NCBI GenBank assembly: GCA_963724215.1
Contig: CAVRTZ010000008.1
Span: 130,378-194,377 of the forward strand
From: an uncultured Ignavibacteria bacterium
GTDB lineage: Bacteria; Bacteroidota; Ignavibacteria; UBA10030; SZUA-254
Reading direction: 5' to 3'
Length of the DNA: 64,000 bases
The translations under genes and the position numbers were made by a program. The notes below the pieces were generated by a model, which was given only the letters and a program-made list of their open reading frames with translations, searched no databases and was not told the DNA's origin. Positions 45,615 to 55,664 of this stretch are shown piece after piece. Position 1 is the stretch's first letter. Every line of letters begins with the position of its first letter.

Positions 45615-47114
45615 ATGAAACGCATCTTTCCCGCATCGTTCTATAACCTCACCACGCTCATCGGGGCGGCCGTCTCCGGCGTCAGCTTCGGCCTGATCCT
45701 GTTCCTGATGCTCGTCGAGTTCATGTCCGCCAACGAGCACCCGTACATGGGCATCATCACGTTCGTGATCCTCCCGGTTTTCCTCATGATGGGGATCGGG
45801 ATGATGGTGTTCGGCGTGATGCGCGAGCACCGGCGCGAGCGGCTCGGCAAGCCCCACGGCCTGCACCTGCCGCAGATCGACCTGAACAACCCGAGGCACC
45901 GCACCGCGTTCGTGAGCGTTTCGGTGGGGGGCATCGCGCTCCTCCTGTTCTCGGCGTTCGGCAGCTTCAAGGCGTACGAGTACACCGAGTCCGACCAGTT
46001 CTGCGGGGAGACGTGCCACACCGTGATGGAGCCGGAGTACACCGCGTACCAGTTCTCCCCCCATGCGAGGGTCGGCTGCGTACAGTGCCACATCGGGTCC
46101 GGGGCGGACTGGTTCGTCAAGTCGAAGATCTCCGGCAGCTACCAGCTCTACGCCGTCGCCTTCAACAAGTACCCGAAGCCGATCCCCACGCCGATCGAGA
46201 ACCTCCGGCCCGCGCAGGAGACGTGCGAACAGTGCCACTGGCCGAAACATTTCTTCAGCGAAAAACAGCGGACGAATACCTACTACCTCGCCGACGAAAA
46301 GAACACGCGCTGGGACATCAATCTGCTGATGAAGATCGGCGGCGGCAACGTCGAGGCGGGTCCCACATCCGGGATCCACTGGCACATGAACATCGCGCAC
46401 GAGGTCACGTACAAGGCCCTCGACCGCGAGCGGCAGGTGATCCCGTGGGTCAGGTCCAGGACGCCCGACGGCACGGAGACGATCTACCGGAGCACCGAGG
46501 TCGACGTCCCCGAGGATTCGCTCGCGGCGGCGTTCACGCGCCGGATGGACTGCATCGACTGCCACAACCGGCCGACGCACATCTACCATCCCCCCGCGCG
46601 CTCGGTGAACCACGTGATGTCGCTCGGCTGGATCAGCCCGTCGCTGCCGTCGGTGAAATCGGTGAGCGTCGAGGCCCTCGAGGCCGGATACGAAACGCGG
46701 CAGGGCGCGCTCGACACCATCCGGCTCACGATGGAGGGCTATTACCGGGACAACCACCCGGAGGTCTTCGAGACGAAAAAGCCCACGCTCGACAGCGCGA
46801 TCGCCGAAGTGCAGAAGATCTACAACAGGAACTACTTCCCCGAGATGAAGACAGACTGGAAGAAGTTCCCCGACAACCTCGGGCACCTCTACTATAACGG
46901 ATGTTTCCGCTGCCACGACGGCAAGCACGTCAACGAGGCGGGAAAGGTGCTCTCGAAGGACTGCAACACCTGCCACACGATCCTCTCGCAGAAATTCGAA
47001 GACGACACGCTCCGGATCTCCCTCGAAGGCGTCGATTACAGGCATCCCGTCGACATCGGCGACGCGTGGAAGGAAATGAACTGCAGCGACTGTCACGCGC
47101 CCGACGCACCATAG
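45615..47114 (+). CDS. inner-membrane heptahaem cytochrome, NapC/NirT-related, ImcH-like
   Basis: 499-aa ORF with three N-terminal TM helices. It has 7 haem sites: CGETCH (CX3CH, followed by TVM as in the NapC/NirT first site), CVQCH, CEQCH, CIDCH, CFRCH, CNTCH, CSDCH. Confidence 0.75.
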   Translation: MKRIFPASFYNLTTLIGAAVSGVSFGLILFLMLVEFMSANEHPYMGIITFVILPVFLMMGIGMMVFGVMREHRRERLGKPHGLHLPQIDLNNPRHRTAFVSVSVGGIALLLFSAFGSFKAYEYTESDQFCGETCHTVMEPEYTAYQFSPHARVGCVQCHIGSGADWFVKSKISGSYQLYAVAFNKYPKPIPTPIENLRPAQETCEQCHWPKHFFSEKQRTNTYYLADEKNTRWDINLLMKIGGGNVEAGPTSGIHWHMNIAHEVTYKALDRERQVIPWVRSRTPDGTETIYRSTEVDVPEDSLAAAFTRRMDCIDCHNRPTHIYHPPARSVNHVMSLGWISPSLPSVKSVSVEALEAGYETRQGALDTIRLTMEGYYRDNHPEVFETKKPTLDSAIAEVQKIYNRNYFPEMKTDWKKFPDNLGHLYYNGCFRCHDGKHVNEAGKVLSKDCNTCHTILSQKFEDDTLRISLEGVDYRHPVDIGDAWKEMNCSDCHAPDAP

Positions 47115-47141
47115 TCCCAACAGGCATCATAGGACAGAACG

Positions 47142-47600
47142 ATGAACCCCACCAGCAACCAGCCCGCTCCCGACGCCGGGAAACGAGACTTCCTGAAATA
47201 CGCACTGGGGGGAGGATTGCTCGCCTTTTTCGCGTCGATCTTCTATCCCGTCCTCGCCTACCTGAAACCCCCGGTCCAGGCGGAGGTGGAGGTGAAATCG
47301 GTGAACGCGGGGAAGAAGGACGACATCCCCCGCGACTCGGGGAAGATCATCAAGTTCGGCACCAGGCCGGTGATCCTCGTCCGGACGGCCGACGACGAGC
47401 TCAAGGCGTTCGACGCCACCTGCACCCACCTCGACTGCACGGTGCAGTTCAACAAGGACATCGGGATGATCTGGTGCGCCTGCCACAACGGCAAGTACGA
47501 CCTCACCGGGCGAAACGTCGCGGGTCCGCCCCCAAGGCCGCTCACGCCGTACAAGGTCATCATCCAGGGCGATGAAATCCTGATCGCGAAAAACGCATGA
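47142..47600 (+). CDS. Rieske [2Fe-2S] subunit of a cytochrome bc/b6f-type complex
   Basis: 152-aa ORF. It has a Tat-like KRDFLK plus TM anchor and cluster boxes CTHLDC and CACHNG. Confidence 0.9.
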   Translation: MNPTSNQPAPDAGKRDFLKYALGGGLLAFFASIFYPVLAYLKPPVQAEVEVKSVNAGKKDDIPRDSGKIIKFGTRPVILVRTADDELKAFDATCTHLDCTVQFNKDIGMIWCACHNGKYDLTGRNVAGPPPRPLTPYKVIIQGDEILIAKNA

Positions 47601-48691
47601 AGAACGCACTGAACAAAGCCTACGACTGGGTCAACGAGCGGGTACACCTCGAAGACCTGGTGAACTTCATGGGGAAGAAGTATGTTCCCGTGCACCGTCA
47701 TTCCGTCTGGTACTACTTCGGGGGCGTGACGCTCTTCCTCTTCATCATCCAGGTCGTCACGGGGATCATGCTGCTCCTCTATTATAAGGGGAGCGAGGAC
47801 CTGGCATTCGAAAGCATCCAGTTCATCATGTCGAAGGTGGAGTTCGGCTGGCTGATCCGGTCGATCCACAGCTGGGCGGCGAACCTCTTCATCCTCTCGG
47901 CGATGATCCACATGTTCAGCGTGTTCTTCGAAAGGACCTACCGCAAACCGCGCGAGATCACCTGGCTCACCGGGATGTTGATGCTCTTCCTCGGGATGGG
48001 GTTCGGGTTCAGCGGGTACCTGCTCCCCTGGAACGAACTGGCGTTCTTCGCCACGAAGGTCGGGACCGACATCGCCGGCGTCGTGCCGTTCATCGGCGAA
48101 CCGATACTGGAATTCCTCAGGAGCGGCCCCGACGTCACCGGCGCGACCCTCTCCAGGTTCTTCGGGTTCCACGTCGCGGTCTTCCCCGGCCTCTTCACCG
48201 TCCTCCTCGGGATCCACCTCGTGCTGGTCCAGCGGCAGGGGATGAGCGAGCCGATGGGCCACGGCACGACGGACGAGGGCGGGGCGCCGCCCATGGCGAT
48301 GAAGAAAATGCCCTTCTTCCCGAACTTCCTCTACCGGGACCTCCTGTTGTGGCTCATCGTCCTGAACCTGCTCGCCGTCCTCGCGGTGCTCTTCCCGTGG
48401 GAGCTGGGCGTGAAGGCCGACCCGTTCGCGTCAGCCCCCGCAGGCATCAAGCCGGAGTGGTACTTCATGTTCATGTTCCAGACGCTCAAGTACCTGCCTG
48501 CGAACGTCCTGGTCTTCGAGGGCGAGATGCTCGGCATCATGTTCTTCGGCCTCGCCGGGCTCCTCTGGACGCTGGTCCCCTTCTGGGACAGGAGCAGCGC
48601 GAGGGGGAAGAAGAGCCGGCTCGTCACCTACGGCGGCCTCATCGCCGTCATGTTCATCATCGTCATGACCATTATCGGCTGGCTCTCATGA
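47597..48691 (+). CDS. cytochrome b6 fused to subunit IV (cytochrome b of the Rieske/b complex)
   Basis: 364-aa ORF with an ATGA overlap with the Rieske stop. Helix B is [16 protein letters not shown] (H-x13-H) and helix D is [17 protein letters not shown] (H-x14-H, b6/Bacillus-type). The PEWY motif (KPEWYFMF) lies in the C-terminal half. Confidence 0.9.
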   Translation: MKNALNKAYDWVNERVHLEDLVNFMGKKYVPVHRHSVWYYFGGVTLFLFIIQVVTGIMLLLYYKGSEDLAFESIQFIMSKVEFGWLIRSIHSWAANLFILSAMIHMFSVFFERTYRKPREITWLTGMLMLFLGMGFGFSGYLLPWNELAFFATKVGTDIAGVVPFIGEPILEFLRSGPDVTGATLSRFFGFHVAVFPGLFTVLLGIHLVLVQRQGMSEPMGHGTTDEGGAPPMAMKKMPFFPNFLYRDLLLWLIVLNLLAVLAVLFPWELGVKADPFASAPAGIKPEWYFMFMFQTLKYLPANVLVFEGEMLGIMFFGLAGLLWTLVPFWDRSSARGKKSRLVTYGGLIAVMFIIVMTIIGWLS

Positions 48692-50217
48692 AGACACGAA
48701 CCGTCATCTTCGCGGCGGCGCTGCTGCTCACCGCCACCGGCGGGTTCCCGCTCCTCCCCGCGCCCGCGCTTCACGCCCAATCCGCCGACGCCCTGTTCCG
48801 GACCGCGACCGCCAGACCGGACAACTGCTTCACCTGCCACAAGGCCCTCGGCGAGGTGGCGGGGGTGAAGTACACGGCCGACATCCACTATAAAAAGGGT
48901 ATCTCCTGCGCCGGTTGCCACGGGGGCGACCCTACGACCGACGACCAGGAAAAGTCCATGTCCGCCGACCACGGGTTCCTGGGTGTACCGAAGGGCGACG
49001 ACGTCTCGAAGACCTGCCAGCGGTGCCACTCAGACGCGCAGGTGATGAAGGTGAACTTCAAGTCGTCGGTGGGGCTGAACCAGATGGAGGACCTCGCGGC
49101 CAGCGTCCACGGGAAAATGGCCGTCTCGGGGAAGGAAAAGATGGTCCAGTGCGTCACCTGCCACAGCGTCCACGACATCAGGAGCGTAAAGGACCCCCAG
49201 TCCCCGGTCAACCACCTGAACGTCAACAGGACCTGCGCGACCTGCCACTCGAGCGCACTCTTCATGAGGTCGTACAACCAGGCCCTGCCGATCGACCAGG
49301 AGGAGAAATACAAGACGAGCGTCCACGGGATGAAGCTTGCGAAGGGCGACGCGAAGGTGGCCGTCTGCTCGAGCTGCCACGGCAGCCACGACATCCTCAA
49401 GGCCGTCGACGCGAAATCGCACGTCAACGCGATCAACCTGCCCGCCACCTGCGGCACCTGCCACGCGAACGCGGAGTACATGAAGGAGTATTCCATCTCC
49501 ACCGACCAGCTCGCGGAGTTCCGCACGAGCGTCCACGGCAAGGCCCTGCTCGAGAAGCACGACCTCGGCGCCCCCTCGTGCAACGATTGCCACGGCAACC
49601 ACGGCGCGGCGCCGCCGGAGGTGGCGTCGATCTCGAAAGTGTGCGGCACGTGCCACGCGATGAACGCGTCCCTCTTCGCCGAAAGCCCTCACAAGAAGGC
49701 CTACGACGAACTCGGCCTTCCGGAGTGCGAGACGTGCCACGGCAACCACGCGATCATCAACGCCACCGACGCCCTCCTCGGGGTCTCGGACGAGGCGGTC
49801 TGCTCCCGCTGCCATTCGCAAAGCGACAACCCGAAGGGGTTCCAGGCGGCGGCGCTCATGCGCATCATGATCGACTCGCTCGAACTTGCCGAACACAGGG
49901 CCGATTCGCTCGTGTCGAACGCCGAGCAGAAGGGGATGGAAATCTCCGAGGCGAAGTTCAAGCTCCGCGACATCCGGCAGGCAAGACTGCTGTCGCGCAC
50001 GGCGGTGCACTCGTTCAACGAGCCGAAATTCGCGGAGGTCGTGAACCAGGGGATCGCCGTCGCCGGCGTGGTGGCGGTGCAGGGGCAGGCGAGCATCGAC
50101 GAGTACTACTTCCGGCGGTACGGGCTGGGCGTGGCCACGCTGATCATCACGATCGTGGCGATCGCGCTCTACATGACCATTAAACGAATCGAGAAGAAAC
50201 AGGCCGAAAAGGCCTGA
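48688..50217 (+). CDS. 11-haem c-type cytochrome with helical stalk and C-terminal TM anchor (in the cytochrome c1/f position)
   Basis: ORF 48349..50217 trimmed to the ATG at 48688, an ATGA overlap with the cytochrome b stop. It has signal peptide [19 protein letters not shown], 11 CXXCH motifs, a long charged helical region, then [19 protein letters not shown]. Confidence 0.85.
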   Translation: MKTRTVIFAAALLLTATGGFPLLPAPALHAQSADALFRTATARPDNCFTCHKALGEVAGVKYTADIHYKKGISCAGCHGGDPTTDDQEKSMSADHGFLGVPKGDDVSKTCQRCHSDAQVMKVNFKSSVGLNQMEDLAASVHGKMAVSGKEKMVQCVTCHSVHDIRSVKDPQSPVNHLNVNRTCATCHSSALFMRSYNQALPIDQEEKYKTSVHGMKLAKGDAKVAVCSSCHGSHDILKAVDAKSHVNAINLPATCGTCHANAEYMKEYSISTDQLAEFRTSVHGKALLEKHDLGAPSCNDCHGNHGAAPPEVASISKVCGTCHAMNASLFAESPHKKAYDELGLPECETCHGNHAIINATDALLGVSDEAVCSRCHSQSDNPKGFQAAALMRIMIDSLELAEHRADSLVSNAEQKGMEISEAKFKLRDIRQARLLSRTAVHSFNEPKFAEVVNQGIAVAGVVAVQGQASIDEYYFRRYGLGVATLIITIVAIALYMTIKRIEKKQAEKA

Positions 50218-50222
50218 CCGGT

Positions 50223-50244
50223 GGCCCCGCCTTCGCGCGGGGCC
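50223..50244. terminator. GC hairpin between convergent genes (possible bidirectional terminator)
   Basis: GGCCCCGC-CTTCGC-GCGGGGCC forms an 8-bp perfect stem, 6 nt after the stop at 50217 and 4 nt before the convergent stop at 50248. There is no U-tract. Confidence 0.5.
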
Positions 50245-50247
50245 GGG

Positions 50248-51612
50248 TTACTTCACATACACCGTCTTGACGTTCACGAACTCCCGTATCCCGTGAACGC
50301 CCAGTTCCCTCCCGTATCCCGAATTCTTCACTCCTCCGAACGGAAGCCGCACGTCGGACGACACCATCTCGTTGATGAACACCGATCCCGCCTCCAGATC
50401 TTCGATGAACAGCGCCTTTTCCCTTTCGTCGTTCGTCCACGCGCTCGAGCCGAGTCCGAACGGCGAATCATTCGCGAGCGTCACCGCCTCTTCGGCGCCG
50501 GCGACCGTGAAAAGAAGCGCCACGGGCCCGAAGAACTCCTCCCGGTACGCGGGGGAGTCGTGAGGGATGTTGCTCAACACGGTGGGAGGGTAGAAGTTGC
50601 CTTCCCCGGGGAGCCGTTCGCCTCCGAGCAACAATCGGGCGCCCTTCCGAACCGATTTCTTCACCTGCCGGTCGAGGTCCTCGAGAATCTCCGGCGTGGC
50701 GAGGGGCCCGACGCCGGTGGCGGGGTCCATCGGGTCCCCGGTTTTCAGCTTCTTCATTTCTTCGACGAACCGTTCCGTGAATGCCGCTGCGACGTCCTGA
50801 TGAATGATGAACCGCTTCGCCGCGATGCACGATTGCCCGTTGTTGACGACGCGCGCCTTCACGGCGGTCGAGACGGCGGCGTCCAGGTCGGCGGTCGGCA
50901 TCACCAAAAATGGATCGCTCCCGCCCAATTCCATCACGCAGGTCTTGATCGACGACCCCGCGACTCCCCCCACCTCGCGGCCGGCCATGTCGCTTCCGGT
51001 CAGCGTCACCGCCTTGATCCTGGGGTCTTCGATCACCTTCGCGGTGCCGGCGGAAGGAAGGAGGAGGGTCTGGAACACTCCCTCGGGGAACCCCGCCCTG
51101 CGGATGATCTCCTCGATCGCGAGCGCGCATTGCGGGACGTTCGAGGCGTGCTTCAGGAGACACACGTTCCCCGCCATGATCGCCGGCGCGGCGAACCGGA
51201 ACACCTGCCAGAAGGGGAAGTTCCACGGCATGATCGCCAGCACCGGACCGAGCGGTTCGTAGCGCACATAACTTCTCGTCGCGGCCGTCGGTACCACGTC
51301 GTCAGCCAGGAATTTCTCCGCCTCGTCAGCGTAGAACCGGCAGGCCCACGCGCACTTCGAGGCCTCGGCGATCGCGGCCGTGAAGAGCTTCCCCATCTCG
51401 AGCGTCATCAGCTTCGCGAACGATTCCTTCCCGGATTCCAGGATCTCGCCCGCCTTCCGCATCAGGGCGGCGCGTTCGGCGAACGTGGTCCTGTGGTGGG
51501 AGGCGAAACGAGTTCGGGCCTTCTCAATTTTTTGTTCGAGGTCCTTGTCGCTGATCTGCCGGAAGGATTTCAGGAGCTCTCCGGTGGCGGGGTTGACGGT
51601 CTGGATCGGCAT
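50248..51612 (-). CDS. NAD(P)-dependent aldehyde dehydrogenase, succinate-semialdehyde dehydrogenase-like
   Basis: 454-aa intact ORF. ALDH blocks are PWNFPFWQ, VTLTGS, VMELGGSDP (catalytic Glu), NNGQSCIAAKR (catalytic Cys) and EEFFGPV. Confidence 0.9.
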   Translation of the reverse strand: MPIQTVNPATGELLKSFRQISDKDLEQKIEKARTRFASHHRTTFAERAALMRKAGEILESGKESFAKLMTLEMGKLFTAAIAEASKCAWACRFYADEAEKFLADDVVPTAATRSYVRYEPLGPVLAIMPWNFPFWQVFRFAAPAIMAGNVCLLKHASNVPQCALAIEEIIRRAGFPEGVFQTLLLPSAGTAKVIEDPRIKAVTLTGSDMAGREVGGVAGSSIKTCVMELGGSDPFLVMPTADLDAAVSTAVKARVVNNGQSCIAAKRFIIHQDVAAAFTERFVEEMKKLKTGDPMDPATGVGPLATPEILEDLDRQVKKSVRKGARLLLGGERLPGEGNFYPPTVLSNIPHDSPAYREEFFGPVALLFTVAGAEEAVTLANDSPFGLGSSAWTNDEREKALFIEDLEAGSVFINEMVSSDVRLPFGGVKNSGYGRELGVHGIREFVNVKTVYVK

Positions 51613-51760
51613 GGCTGGGGCTTTCGTTGTCGGATTGACGCGTGTGTTCCGAAAGTAGAAACTTCCGGGGAGATATTCAATCTCACCGCGGCTCGTTCCG
51701 GGGGCGTGGAAATCACCCCACGATTATTTATATTGGGGGCGCAATCACCACCACCATCCT

Positions 51761-52605
51761 ATGCGACTCCCGATGGAAAAAATCATACGCGTGGGGCACA
51801 GCCCGGACCCCGACGACGCCTTCATGTTCTACGGCCTGGCCAGCGGCAGGGTCAAGCTCGAGGGGATCAGGATCGAGCACATGCTCGAGGACATCCAGTC
51901 GCTGAACGCCCGCGCGATGAAGGGGGAGCTGGAGGTCACCGCGATCTCGGCCCACGCCTATCCCTACGTCCAGGACAAATACTGGATCATGCGCACCGGC
52001 GCGAGCATGGGGGACGGGTACGGCCCGGTGCTCATCTCGAAAAAGTACAAGACCCTCGCGGAGTTGAAGGGAAAGACCGTCGGAACGCCCGGGCCCCTCA
52101 CCACCGCGACGCTCCTCTTCAGGATGTTCACCGAGGGGATCGAAACATCGACCGTCCCTTCGACCAGTTGATGCCGATGATCGACGCCGGGAGGCTCGAC
52201 GCGGGCGTCGTGATCCACGAAGGGCAGATTACGTATCAGGAACAGGGATACCATAAGATCCTCGACTTCGGAGAGTTCTGGCGCGACGAGACGAAGGGGC
52301 TCCCCCTCCCCCTCGGCCTCGACGTGGTCCGGAAGGATCTCGGGGAAAAGATGGCCCGCGACCTGTCCGTGGGCCTGCGGGAGAGCATCGACTACGGCTA
52401 CGAGCACCAGGAAGAATCGATCCCCTACGCGCTCGAGTGGGGCCGCGGAATCGACGCGGACAAGGGGGAAACATTCGTGAAGATGTACGTCAGCGACCTG
52501 ACGATCGACATGGGGGAGCGGGGAGAAGCGGGGCTGAAGGAACTGTTCCGCCGCGGCGGCGAAAAAGTCGGGTTGCCGGCGGTGAAAGAATTCAGGCTGG
52601 TGTAA
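51761..52605 (+). pseudogene. mqnD: MqnA/MqnD-fold menaquinone (futalosine pathway) protein, MqnD-like; one frame break
   Basis: IRVGHSPDPDDAFMFYGL and LEDIQSLNARAMKGELEVTAISAHAYP come first. After the C3 run at 52156-52158, VPFDQLMPMIDAGRLDAGVVIHEGQITY continues in the next frame to the stop at 52605. A separate MqnA is present, hence the MqnD-like call. Confidence 0.7.
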
Positions 52606-52606
52606 C

Positions 52607-53712
52607 GTTACGCAGCCGCCGCGGGGTCGTACACTCGCAGAATGTTATAGAGCGTGTCCCGCTGCGCGGCGACGAACCCCGACTCGTGGATGAGGTCCAT
52701 GAACTCTTCGGTGTTGGTCTTGTTGACGAAGTTCGCCGCCGCGTGCACGTTCTCCTCGAAGCAGCGTCCCGCCGAAATCGTCCGCGCCGAAGTGGAGCGC
52801 GATCTGCCCCGTCTTCTTCCCCTCCGAGAACCACGACGCCTGGATGTGGTCGAAGTTGTCGAGGTAGATCCGCGAGAGCGCGAGCATCTGGAGGTACCGC
52901 GTCGGCGTGGCGTAGTGCGGGATGATCTTCTCCAGCGGCGTGTTCCCCGGCTTGAAGCTCCACGGCATGAACGCCGTGAACCCGCGGTCTCGTCCTGCAG
53001 CTCCCGGACGCGTCGAGGTGCTCGACGATGTCCTCGTCGGTCTCGAGGTGGCCGTACATCATCGTGGCGGTCGAGTCTTGTAGCCGAGCCTGTGCGCCTC
53101 GCGCATCACCATCGAGCCAGTCGTCGCAGCTCGTCCCTTCAGGTGGCTGATCTTCTTCTTCACCCGGTCGGAGAGGATCTCCGCGCCGCCGCCCGGGATC
53201 GTCCGCAGCCCCGCGTCCCACAAGCTGCTGCAGCACCTCCGGCACGCTCAGCCCCGACACGTCGGCCATCCCGATGATCTCGGAGGTGGAGAAGAAGTGC
53301 GGATGGACCTCGGGGACTTCCGCGCACGGTCCGCTCGCACCATCTCGAGATAGTAGTCGAACGGCAGGGCCGGGTTGACTCCGCCCTGCAGGAGGACGGT
53401 GGTGACGCCGTTGGCGGCCGACTCCTTGAACTCGCCGATCATGTGATCGACGCTGTATGTGTATTCGCCCTCGTCGCCCGGATGCCGGTAGAACGCGCAG
53501 AAGATGCAGTCGATGTTGCAGACGTTGGTGTAGTTGGGGTTGGTGTCGATCACGAACGTGACCCGCGGTTCGGGGTTCTTCCGGAAGCGGACGCCGTTCG
53601 CCAGGTCGCCGAGCTCGAGCAGTTCGCCGTGCTGCAGCAGGACGACCGCCTCTTCCTGCGTAAGGCGCCCGCCGCCGCGGACCTTTTCATACACCGACGA
53701 GAGCCCGCTCAT
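52607..53712 (-). pseudogene. mqnC: radical-SAM cyclic dehypoxanthinyl-futalosine synthase (MqnC-like); about eight frame breaks
   Basis: The core is TNPNYTNVCNIDCIFCAFYR. Later family blocks are scattered over all three frames: EVPEVHPHFFSTSEIIGMADVSGLSVPEVLQQL, MREAHRLGYKT, TATMMYGHLETDEDIVEHL, FMPWSFKPGNTPLEK, HIQASWFSEGKKTGQIALHFGADDFGGTLLEENV and QRDTLYNILRVY. The HIQ.SW and GADD.GG..LEENV blocks match my recollection of MqnC rather than MqnE. Confidence 0.65.
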
Positions 53713-53716
53713 ATCG

Positions 53717-54506
53717 TCACCTCCCGGGCGTCACCGTCGGCCGGTGCAGTTTCCTGAACTCACGCATCGCTTCTCGTTCCCGGTCGCCGAGCGTGTAGTT
53801 GAACCCCTCGAGGTACTCCTCCGCGTATGCGGGTCGGAGAGTCCCAGGATTTTCCCGTGGAGCTCGCCGATCGCGCGGTACCGGCCTTCCGTCCTGCGGA
53901 GCGATTCGGCGATCGTCGCCGAGAGCGCGTGCTTTGTCGACCGCCGGGAGCGCCTTCTTCACCGCCCAGACCGCGAAGACGAACGGCAGCTTCTTCCAGT
54001 CGTACCATTCGCGCGCGAGGTCGTAGACCAGTTCGAATCCTTCGAGCCCGTGTTTGTTATGCTGGAGCGCCTCGTCGCCGATCAGGAGCACCGCGTCGAA
54101 GTCGCGAGTAACTCGTTCACGCCGGCGTGCAGGCGGTCGAACTCGGCCTTCACGCCGTACTTCTTTCCGAGCAGGACGCGCAGGAGCTGGACGGAGGTGG
54201 CCGTCTCGTCGGTGATGCCGATCCTCTTCCCGTCGAGGCCGGCCCAGCCGTCGTTCGAGAAGAGCATCACGCTCTTCACCTGGTCGCGCGTGGCGATGCA
54301 CCAGCCGAGCGGCTCGAGCGTCGACTCGTTCCGGTAGTAATCCATCAGCGAGAAAAGCCCCGCGTCGAGCTGGCCGTCGGCCGCTGAGCATCCCCATCCG
54401 CCGCGGGACGACCGGGAGGATCTTGAACTGCCCCTTCTCGAAATCGCGCGTAGAACGGCACGGAATTCAGATACGGAATCTTCCCGATGACGTTGTCGGA
54501 GTGCAC
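53717..54506 (-). pseudogene. mqnA: chorismate dehydratase MqnA; about five frame breaks; no stop separates it from mqnE
   Basis: Blocks are IGKIPYLNSVPFY, QFKILPVVPRRMGMLS, AADGQLDAGLFSLMDYY, KRIGITDETATSVQLLRVLL, DAVLLIGDEAL, LPFVFAVWAV and AEEYLEGFNYTLGDREREAMREF. They are spread over ORFs 54345..55589, 54082..55269 and 53717..54397. A possible GTG start lies at 54506. Confidence 0.65.
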
Positions 54507-55589
54507 CTGCAGGGGATTGTAGTAGACGTCCCGCTCGACCGGTATCTTGCCCGCGTCTCGGATGATCCGGATGATCTGGTCCTTCGCCAGCGTCATCGGG
54601 CTCGTCGCGCCGGCGTCGTGCGCGATCTTCTCCCGCCCGACGGTGCCGTCCATGTCGTCGGCGCCGAAGTTGAGCGCGACCGAGGCGACCTCCTCGGTCA
54701 GCATCACCCAGTAGGCCTTGATGTGCGGGAAGTTGTCGAGCATGAGCCGCGAGACCGCGATCGTCTTCAGGTCGTCGATCGCCGAGGTGAACCGGTCGCG
54801 CGGCTTGATGCCGGTGTCGCCCGGCTGGAAGGCCAGGGGGATGAACGTGAGGAACCCGCCCGTCTCGTCCTGCGCCTCGCGCAGCTGGATCATGTGGATC
54901 GAGCCGCTCCTCGAGCGTCTCGATGTGGCCGTAGAGCATCGTGCTGTTGGTCGGGATGCCGAGCCGGTGCGCCGTCTCGTGGACGTCGAACCAGCCCTTC
55001 GCGCCGATCTTCTGGTTGAAGAGGAGCTGCCGCACGCGCTCGGAGAACACCTCCGCGCCGCCGCCGGGCATCGTCTTGAGCCCGGCCGCCTGCAGCTGCC
55101 GGAGGACCTCCTCGATCGGCATCTTGAATTTCTTGTGGAAGAAATCGATCTCCACCGCGGTGAACGCCTTGACGTCGGCGTTCGGGAGACTGCCGTGCAG
55201 ATGGTCGCGGACGATGTCGAGGTACCGCTCCCAGGGCCAGTCGGCCGGCATCCCGCCGGTGATGTGCACCTCGCGGATCTCCGGCGTGAGCTTGCGAGAG
55301 GATCTCCTCGGTCGTCATCTCGTAGGCGCCGGCGTCCCCCTTCTTCACGGCGAAGTCGCAGAACTTGCACGACAGGACGCAGATGTTGGTGTGCTCGATC
55401 TTCTGATTGAGGACGAAGTAGACGGCGTCGCCGCTCTTCTGCTGCTGCACGAAGTGGGCCATCTTGCCGAGCGACATCAGGTCGGGCGTGCGCGTAGAGC
55501 GCCAGGCCGTCGTCCATCGAAAGGCGTTCGCCCTTCTGGACCTTTTCCCAGATCGGGATGAGCGCGGTGTCGCGGAAATTGAATGTCAT
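54507..55589 (-). pseudogene. mqnE: radical-SAM aminofutalosine synthase (MqnE-like); at least three frame breaks
   Basis: The N-terminus is MTFNFRDTALIPIWEKVQKGERLSMDDGLALY. Then come EHTNICVLSCKFCDFAVKKGD, KAFTAVEIDFF, MPGGGAEVFSERV, STMLYGHIETLEER, LREAQDETGGFLTFIPLAFQ and TIAVSRLMLDNFPHIKAYWVM. The last blocks are GADDMDGTVGREKIAHDAG and ERDVYYNPLQ. Segments lie in ORFs 54345..55589, 54890..55477 and 54082..55269. Confidence 0.7.
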
Positions 55590-55664
55590 CTGTGCGTCGA
55601 TTTCTTCTGTCGAATTCCTGTCGAGTCTCCGGACCGGGGGCGTCCGGTTCTTGTCATTTCCAGA

